The notes under the pieces were generated by a model. It was not told the origin of the DNA and did not search any database. It saw nothing but the letters and a program-made list of their open reading frames with translations. From Saprolegnia diclina VS20 (lineage: Eukaryota): a DNA stretch of 64,000 nucleotides. How positions within the stretch are numbered: the first letter of the stretch is position 1; each line of letters begins with the position of its first letter. Both the position numbers and the translations under genes were made by a program. Positions 56,011 to 64,000 of this stretch are shown in pieces. The stretch is taken from the NCBI RefSeq assembly GCF_000281045.1, contig NW_008246071.1:66350-130349 (forward strand). The letters run 5' to 3'.

Positions 56011-59000
56011 ATGCAAGCTAATATTCAGATCCAGCAGCCGTACGCAGGGCTGGCGGACTCGGCCGAGAGCTCCCAAGAGACCGGGGCGGCGGACGAAAAA
56101 ATGCAGCTCAAGGCACAGATCGAAGAGCTCAAGGCGCAGGTCGAGGAGCTCAAGGCGCAGGTCGAGGAGCTCAAGGCGCAGATCAGCGAGCTCCGAGGCG
56201 AAGTCAACTGCTTGGAACGCCAGAACCGCAACTTTCTGCAACACAGCCGCGANNNNNNNNNNNNNNNNNNNNNNNNNNNNNNNNNNNNNNNNNNNNNNNN
56301 NNNNNNNNNNNNNNNNNNNNNNNNNNNNNNNNNNNNNNNNNNNNNNNNNNNNGCTGCGAGCGACATGGCCATGGCGCGCATGCAAGAGCGCGTGAAGGAG
56401 CTTGAAGGTTGCCTCACCGACCGCGACGCGACCATGACTCTTTCGACCATGAGAATCGCCGAGCTCGAGGTCGCGCTCGCGAACAAGACGCCGCAGCTCG
56501 CGGACGGGCGCAGCAGCGAAAGCGCGGCAGATGACGGTCACGCAGGCTCAGGCCGCCTGGCGCTGCGCGTCAAGGGGCTGCAAGGTCTTCTTGCGCAAGA
56601 GCAGCGTGCGCATGACGCTACTCGCGCCGAGCGCAACGCGCTGAGTGACGCCCTCAAGCTTGAGCAAGCGAAGTACAACATAGCGGCAGATAAGGGTGCG
56701 CAGCGCGAGCTTTTGCTCGAGAAGCAACTCGCGGACGCCCGCAGCGGCAAGAGCGCGGCAGCTGTCGTTGACGCAGGTATCTTGAGCCGGCAGACGCAGC
56801 GCGTCAAGGAGCTGCAAGGTCTCCTTGCGCAAGCGCACGCCGACCGTGACGCGCTTACGCTCGCCCTCGAGCTTGAGCAGGCGGCCCACAACGACGCTCG
56901 TGTCAACTGCGATGTTCTCGTGCAAGAGCTGTCCAAGTCCAAGGAGACCGCATCCAAGCACGAGACCACGATCAACGCGCTCTCGCGCATGTCCGCCAGC
57001 AACGACGCCGCGTCCACTCGCTGGAAACGGCTGGCCTATGCGCTGCAGCGCTACACCCGCTCCTTTGACCGTCGTCACCTCGAGCTCAAGCCGCATATGG
57101 CGCCGGCCGGCCTCGAGCGCTTTGGTTTGACGTGCTATATCAACGTCGTTCTCCATTGCCTTGCGCACACACTCTTCCTCACGCACATCTCGGCCGCTCG
57201 CGACGACGCGTTTGCAATGGCTCTCGCCGAGCTGCTCGTCGCCATCCGCAACGGCGACACGTCGCGCTTCGACCACGACCATCCCGTATTGGCGTACTAT
57301 CGCGACGAGCAAGACGACGCTCTCGAGTACTTGACGTGGCTCAACGGCATTCTCGAGCCGACACGAGTGCCGATGGCCGTCTTTGGCATGAACGAAATCG
57401 CGACGAGAACGTGCAGCGACTGCCGGCAGAGCAGCACGGGGCGTACACCCATCCACTACATCACCGTCAAGCCGTGCAACTCGGTCGTCAAGGCGCTCAA
57501 CATCGCCCGCCCGGCGCTTGGGCAAGAAGAGACGGTGCAACGGAACTGCGACGAGTGTGGCCCGCTTCACAACCACGAGTCGCACACTCGTTTGGACCGA
57601 GCGCCGCCCGTCGTCGTCGTCAACATGCCGTGCTACGATCCAAGTGGCTTGGTCGAGGCCAAGATCGTCATCGAAAACCCGGCGATCGAGCTCTCGATCA
57701 AGCTCCAGGCGGCGACGTACGAGCTCGTGGCCGTGGTCGTGCACGAGGGCATTAGCAAAGAGTGCGGACATTACGTCGCCTACGTGCGCTCGCGCCACAA
57801 CGCGCCGGGCTCGAAGGACCACACGTGGTACAAGATGGACGACGACCACCCGGTCCAAAGCGTGACGACGGCCACGGTCAAGACGCTTCAAGGCACCTTG
57901 TTCTTTTACGAAAGAACCGACGCGACGGCGACCGAGACCAACCTCGAGAGCGCGAGCACCGTCCAACATGGCCGCGACAAGCGCCCAAAGTCGCCCGCCA
58001 TCGACGACCCCGCTCCCAAGAAGCCGCGACACACGAGGTGGGTCCTGCCTCCTACTTCTTTGGGGCGCAAACGAAGCAATCGACTTGTTTCGTAGCAGCG
58101 AAGCGCTGCAAGGCGGCTTTGAGTTTAGCGGCGACCAACCAAGCGGCTTTGAGTTTGGCGATGGTCAACACGACGACTTTGAGCTTGGCGGGTGGTCGCC
58201 GACCGAAGAGACCAAAGAGCCCGAGTCTCAGGCTTTGAGACGACCAGACGGTGCTGCGTCGCCCGAGATTTCACGGCGCGACTTTGGTTCGACCCGCCGC
58301 GACGCGATGGTCCATCCCGATGCAAACTACTCGGAAGTCCAGCCGTTCGTCGCCACGCCCGACTGCATCGAGATCTCGGACGACTCGGACGACGAGCAGG
58401 TACGTGCGCTTCTCTGGCGTGACCACGGCTCATGATGTCTAGGCTGTGGCCGAGCAGCAGCGTCCCGGCGCCTCCGAACACCAGGTGGGCCGCCGTCGCG
58501 ATGATCCATGCGTGCACCGTCCCGTACGACGTTCATGTAGGGCCGAAGCGCGCCAGGCGAGCCGCAGAGCTTGCGCGGGCCTGCGCCAAGCACCCGCAAG
58601 AAGCGCCAGTTTCGCTGCATACCGCCGGCCCCGACTGACCGCATTTTGCGCAGCAATGGACCTGCGCCGGTGCCGGGGCCGCTGCGGCCTCAGCGACAAG
58701 AGAAGGAGCACACAGAAGAGCACAAGATTGCGCACGTTGCGGCGATCAAGGCGTCGATTGCGGTACATTCTATTGCTCCAGTGTGTGCTCATGTCTGCTG
58801 CGTAGAACAAGGAGAGACTGAAGGAGATCCTGAAACGCCAAGCCCGTAGCATCCGGGCCGCGACGCCCGAGGCGCGATGCTTGACGATACCGTCTCATGC
58901 TTTGTGTAAGCCGCTCGTTCCGTTTGCATCGCGATCGACAGCCAAGGGCCTCACCCTCGACGACAAGCGCAATATCCTCCGTTGGCTGCGCGGAGCCTTC

Positions 59001-59396
59001 GGGTCGAAGATAGCGGCCTCGCGCAAGATGCGGGACATCAAGACGGTCATTCAAATGATGCACATTGACGCCGACAACCTCTGGACGTTCACGCCCCTCG
59101 GTGCCATGACGCCTGCCCAGGACACGTCCGCGACGAAGCTTACAACCTATTTGAACGGCTTGCGTCTTGATGAGCGGCTTGAAGCGTTCCCATACCTCCA
59201 GGCGTTTGCGAACCTCAGCAACAACGCCGCGGCCTTGGTGTACGAGTCTCTTCATCGTCAATCACAGCTGACCTTGTACGTTAGGTTTTCCAACACCAAG
59301 CGCAAGAAGAATCCATGGTCCTGTCTGGCCGCACTGCTGGGACCATGTGACGCTCAACATACCGCCGCGTCATCAACGGCAGGCCTTTTGTTTTAA
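56011..59396 (+). CDS. Divergent ubiquitin-specific protease (peptidase C19) with coiled-coil N-terminus; both ends uncertain, interrupted by a gap
   Basis: Cys box GLERFGLTCYINVVLHCL; EQDDALEYL; CSDC/CDEC zinc ligands; His box YELVAVVVHEG..GHYVAYVR..WYKMDD (about 57100-57915); likely further spliced exons to about 59.4 kb. Confidence 0.75.
56104..56192 (+). repeat. Coding 21-bp tandem repeat (ELKAQVE heptads, about 4 copies)
   Basis: gagctcaaggcgcaggtcgag repeated. Confidence 0.85.
56253..56352. other. Assembly gap (100 N)
   Basis: Run of N. Confidence 1.
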
Positions 59397-60545
59397 TTGT
59401 AGTCGCCTCTCGACGGCATGTTTCTAGGCGTCCTTGATCGAGCCCTCCTCGCCACCGGCATTGGCTCGCGTCGACACACTTGTGGAGAGTGCGATGGCGG
59501 TGGAGGTTCGCCTTCCGTCTCATTGGCTGTCGTCTCATCGTCGTTTGTTTAGGCAAGCCCGTCGAACCGTCATGGTCGCAGCGCCTCAGCGCCTCGCCAA
59601 AGCCTGAGCAATGATCAAGACATTGTCCCGCCCCCAGCCCAAGATGCACTGCTTGATTGAGACTTTTGACTGCGCCAACCAACAAGTGCTAGACATTATT
59701 AAGAGTTGAGGTAATAATGGCTTTGCGTTTTGCCTGCGAATTGTATCCCTCGCTGGCTTCTGCACAAACGCTCCATGATGATTCGAAGCTGATATCGCCG
59801 TGAGCGACTTGGGAAATCGTACACACCTCTCTGCACAGCAACATGGACAAATTTTGTCCGGCAAACCCTCGTACGTAGTGGCGGTCGTGCTGTCAATGTT
59901 GCACATAATAGAGTCAAAGCGTGCATGATAACGCGACCATTTTCGACGTGGCAGCTTAACACGTCGTGCTGCGTCTTGCATCCAACCCTGGTCTTCGCGA
60001 CGCCGGACCACGTTGCAGCGCACCGGGTATCGGCTCTAGTCTATGTCGCCATGGTCGGCGCTATGATGGGGCCGTTCGTCGCGTCGACGTGCAGCAGTGA
60101 TCCGGTCAACGTTATCGCGTCCATGTACGTGCAGAAGGTCACGTCCATACGGCACTAGGCATGGCTCCCTCGTGTAGCACAACAGCGACATTCGTCGTCC
60201 TCTGCTTTGTATTTGCAGCCTGGAACAGTATGGTCCCTGCCCCTTGACAATACAACACACCAGGTCGCAGCTGACGGACATGAGAACGTGGCCCCATTCG
60301 AGGCGTTCGGCGCTGGACTGGAGTACACTTCAAGTTGGTGATGCCCCTGGTCGCGAGCGTCTTGGGTTCATACATACATCGTGATCGTGGTACGGCGTCC
60401 AAGCAGCTCGAGCAGGAGCAGTGTCCACGCGGGCAGGCTCCTCGACGGCGACTTGAGAACGAGCAAAAGGCTGGACTACGATTGCCGGTGATGGGCGACC
60501 TGTCACAAATCGATAAATCGATGTATCATGCACGTTAAGAACGAG

Positions 60546-60662
60546 AGAACGTGCCACGTCATGGAGTTCAACTGACAGACACCTTGCACGTATGTTCACA
60601 ACAGATTGGGAGGAGAGAGGACGCACTGTACACAGTGTTGTGGTGGGCTCTTCGCAACATGC
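60546..60662 (+). repeat. Diverged ~115-bp direct repeat, copy B (partner 54676-54789)
   Basis: Aligns colinearly with copy A, with small indels. Confidence 0.8.
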
Positions 60663-60787
60663 GTCGCTCGCTTCGTAGGGCTCACCCAACAGTGCCAAAG
60701 CTCCTCAGGGTGCAATCCGGTTGGAGCATTTGGAAACCGGTTACGACCGTGCCGTGGCGTTTCGGGACTTTGCCACGAGTCGCGCCG

Positions 60788-62904
60788 ATGTCGCGGACGA
60801 TTCCGACGCGGGCGCTCGACGCCGTGTATGGTACTGACCCTCGCTTGTCCCTATGGACGCTCGAGAATGAAGCTGTGAGTAGACCCGGTCTACACAGTCT
60901 CCAACACGGGCGGGCAGTGGAGAGGCGGGTACCGGCCACACCACCACAGCCGCCGCAGTGGCGTACCGTCGACAACCAGTGATGGCCAGGCTGCCGTGAG
61001 CGGCGCCCAGCGCGCCAAGTACTTCAAGCGACCCATCTTGCCGTATGTCCAGACCGTGCCACCAGAAATGTACGTCGGCTGCCTACATCGTCACGCAGCT
61101 TAGGATCGAGACTAGTCTCCTCTCGCCCGTGGCCAAGACTGCAGTGCTGGACCACGCCACGGACGACGACTTGGAGCCAACGCGGTCAGTCGGTGTCCAG
61201 ACCATGTACCGCGATTCGGAGGCGCAGACGAATCCGTACACGCCCGACTATACGATCAAGGTCGGGACATCGCCCGAGATTGCGACGCTGGCCAACCTCA
61301 CGTTTGCAAACGGCCTGCCCGCTGGCATGGCCGAGATCGAGCTCATTGAGCGCAACCGCAAGAAGCGTGCGTTCGAGGCGTCGTTGCCGCCCATGACGGA
61401 CGAAGCGTCCTTCTACCTTCGGAAAAAGATGATGGAGCAGCAAGAAAAGGCCGAGTGGGCGTTCCGCGAGGTCGAGATCGACCGCGTCCACGACCAGCGC
61501 CTCCAGCTGCTCGAGAAGGCGCTTATCGAGCGGGACCACGAGCACGAGTTCCTCACCGAGCAGCGCATCGAGGCACTCCGGCAGCGACTCACGCAAGAGA
61601 AGGACGCAGCCCTCGAGGGCATGCAACAGGAGCGCGTGACCGCACTGCGCAAGCTCTCCAAACGCCGCGCCGCCGCGCAAAAGATCCTGCCCAAGCGCGA
61701 TCTGAAGCGCGACATCATTGGCGAGTACGCTGCGTTCTCGTCGACCGTGTACGCCCCGATGGCGCGCAGTGGCAAGGGCGGGCGCCAGCCCATTCTCGAA
61801 GTCGGCCTCGCGACGGTGCATGCGATCGCCGACATTGACGCGCTCGAGGCGTCGGTCGCCCACCGCTTGACAAAGCAGACGACCAAGCCACCACCCAAAG
61901 TGATCAAGACGGCGAAAGACCGCCGCGAAGCCGCGATCGAGGCGCACTTGCTCTCGATGCAGACCAAAATCAACCTCAGCAAGCAGGGCCACGGGCCCGA
62001 CGCGGCGACAGCGCACAAGTTTCGCCAGGAAAAAATCGTCCGTCCGCCGACCCCCATCTACGCGACGCAGGACGACGACGACGAGCTGCACGACGCGGTG
62101 CGGCTCCTCCAAAAGCTCCTCCGCGGCCGCGCCGTTCAAAACACCATGTACGAAGGCAAGGACCGCCGGGCAGAGCTCATCGCGGAGCTGCGGTCGACTG
62201 AAGATGCTCATGGCGGCGACGAGCTCGAGGCAAACGAAGCTGACAGCCACCTCGTGCGCCTCACCAAAGCCGCGACCGACAAGACCCAAGGCGAAGTCGT
62301 CTCGGAGCTTCTCGATTTCCTCTCCAAGGAGCTCGTGCGCGTCAAGGAGCAAGCAACGCTCAACGAATTCGTGCGCGAGGCCGAGGAGGAGCGGCGGAAG
62401 CGCGAGGTCATCGAGGGCGGCAAGCGCCACGCCGAAGACCACCTCCGCGCCCGCGAAGACGCCGTCTATCGAGCGATTACGCGCGTGCACGAAGAGACGG
62501 CCGACAACTTCATCCTCGACATTCTCGAGTCCGTGGTCGCCGATGGTTTGATCATACGTGCGTCTCTGGCGCGGGCTCACGGAAAATGACTAGATGCAAA
62601 TGACACGGCGACGCACGAGTCGAGCGTCGCCTCGGGTGCACTCGCCTCCATCGTGAGCACGCTCGAGGCCGCGCAGAACGCAGACGCGGTCGTCGTCCGG
62701 GACCTCCTTGCGTCGTTTTTGTTTCCTGAGGTCCAGCGGCAGCGCGTCCAGGAGCAGGTGCTGCAGGAAGAGCAAAAGTACGCGACCGCAGTCCACGAAG
62801 CACTCCACGCTGCGCAAGCCAGTATGGTCGAGATCGCCAACGAGCAGCGAACGCAGCAGCAACAACAAACAAGCGCCATCGAAGGCGATGGGCGCACCTT
62901 GTAG
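60788..62904 (+). CDS. CFAP91: Cilia- and flagella-associated protein 91 (MAATS1), multi-exon
   Basis: KYFKRP; VGVQTMYRDSEAQTNPYTPDY; GLPAGMAEIELIER; EWAFREVEI; LQKLLRGRAVQNTMYEGK; LLDFLSKELVR; LASFLFPEV. Confidence 0.9.
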
Positions 62905-62907
62905 GTA

Positions 62908-64000
62908 TTACTCTAATGCAAAGTGCGTCTTTGCGAACGCTGTCGTGGCCACCGTCGACCGATGCACCGCGTCCGCGAGGCCGACACCGTAAAAGCTGTT
63001 GCCGAGAAGCGTGAGACGGGGCACATTTACCGACAGGTCGGTCTCGATACGCCCAACGAGCGCATGGAACCCGACGGGGTACTGCGGAATCGCGTCTTGG
63101 TACCACGTACTCGCGATATACTCGGGCGACTCGGTGATGCCCAAGTGCGCTTCGACCGACGTGCGCGCGACGTCCTCCATCTCGGCCAAGCTCAGTGTGG
63201 CCATGAGCTCCTTGTGGTTCTCGCCGCCGACAAAGACGCTGAGGCGCGTGAGATGCTCGTCGTCTTGCTGTTGCGGAAACGAGCACGAGTCGTAGATGAC
63301 GCCGATGATGTTCTGCTTCTCGCAGCTCGGCACGAGATGGCCAAACCCGCGGTGCGGCAGCACGTTGGCGCGGTACCCGAGCGTAACGATCGCCACCGAT
63401 GCGAACGGGATCTCGCCCATTGCGCGCGCCGCCGTCGGTGCAGACGCCGCAAGCGCCGGCATCAAATGGCGCGCCGGAATCGCCGAGAAGACGTGGTCGG
63501 CGAGAATCTCAGACGACGTGCCGTCCTTGGTTGCTAACGCCACGCGGACCTTCTCTGGCGACGCAGTGTCGATGCTCTGGAGCGACGTGTTGAGCTGCAC
63601 GCGCGTGTTTGGCATGCTCTACAGGTATACATTGGCATCAGTAGGACGGTAGCAGCGTGATCGTACAGCAATGTGCGTCGAGAGCGCGTCGATGAGCGTT
63701 TGCATGCCGTTGCGGAAGCTGAGACTCATGGCCTTGCCCTTGGCTTGGACAAACGGCGTCTTGAGGCTGCCGTCGGCCATCGTGAGCGCTGGCGGCGTCG
63801 AGTGGAAGAGCATCGAGCGCACGACGGAGCCGTGCATCTGCTCTTTTTCGTAGAGCAGGCCAAAGCACGACCGCACCGAGAGGTGTTTGATGTTTCCTGC
63901 GAAAATACCAGAGGCCATTGGGTCTAAAAGCGCTTCGGCAATCCGCGGCGAGAAGCGACGCGCAACAAAGTCGTAGATCGACTCGTCGCTGGCCTGTGGT
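62908..64000 (-). CDS. PPOX: Protoporphyrinogen oxidase (HemY type), 5' end outside window
   Basis: DESIYDF..RRF; SGIFAG; SFRNGMQTLIDAL; GFGHLVP; IGVIYDS; AIPQYPVG; GNSFYGVGL. Confidence 0.92.

Noticed and set aside
55107..56021. ORFs spanning the N run
   Set aside because: Artefacts of the assembly gap

Overview
Eukaryotic, GC-rich, gene-dense DNA with many very short (about 40-60 nt) GT-AG introns. Gene content and style point to an oomycete, probably Saprolegnia or another Saprolegniales member (inference). About 30 protein-coding genes are recognisable by eye. Housekeeping orthologues: SLC38A9-like, DDI1, histidine acid phosphatase, CIR1-like, MSS51-like, SMU1, CEP20/FOPNL, SMG8, V-ATPase subunit e, GDAP2, NUP43-like, USE1, CCDC124, CFAP91 and PPOX. 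Lineage-specific families are also present. Notable structure: (i) a ~3.7 kb near-identical inverted duplication covering most of two ABCC transporters plus the 5' end of a neighbouring gene, while the ABCC 5' ends are diverged; (ii) a spliced galectin-domain + RRM fusion gene; (iii) a small secreted protein with 11 WG(H/P)G(H/R/G) pentapeptide repeats; (iv) a recurring, often paired (T)ATCCGG motif just upstream of many start codons; (v) a divergent USP gene bracketed by diverged ~115 bp direct repeats; (vi) a chromovirus chromodomain relic. No rRNA, tRNA or CRISPR array was seen. There are two assembly gaps (55229-55968, 56253-56352). Multi-exon CDS are given as outer spans, exon models were read by eye, and no database searches were run.
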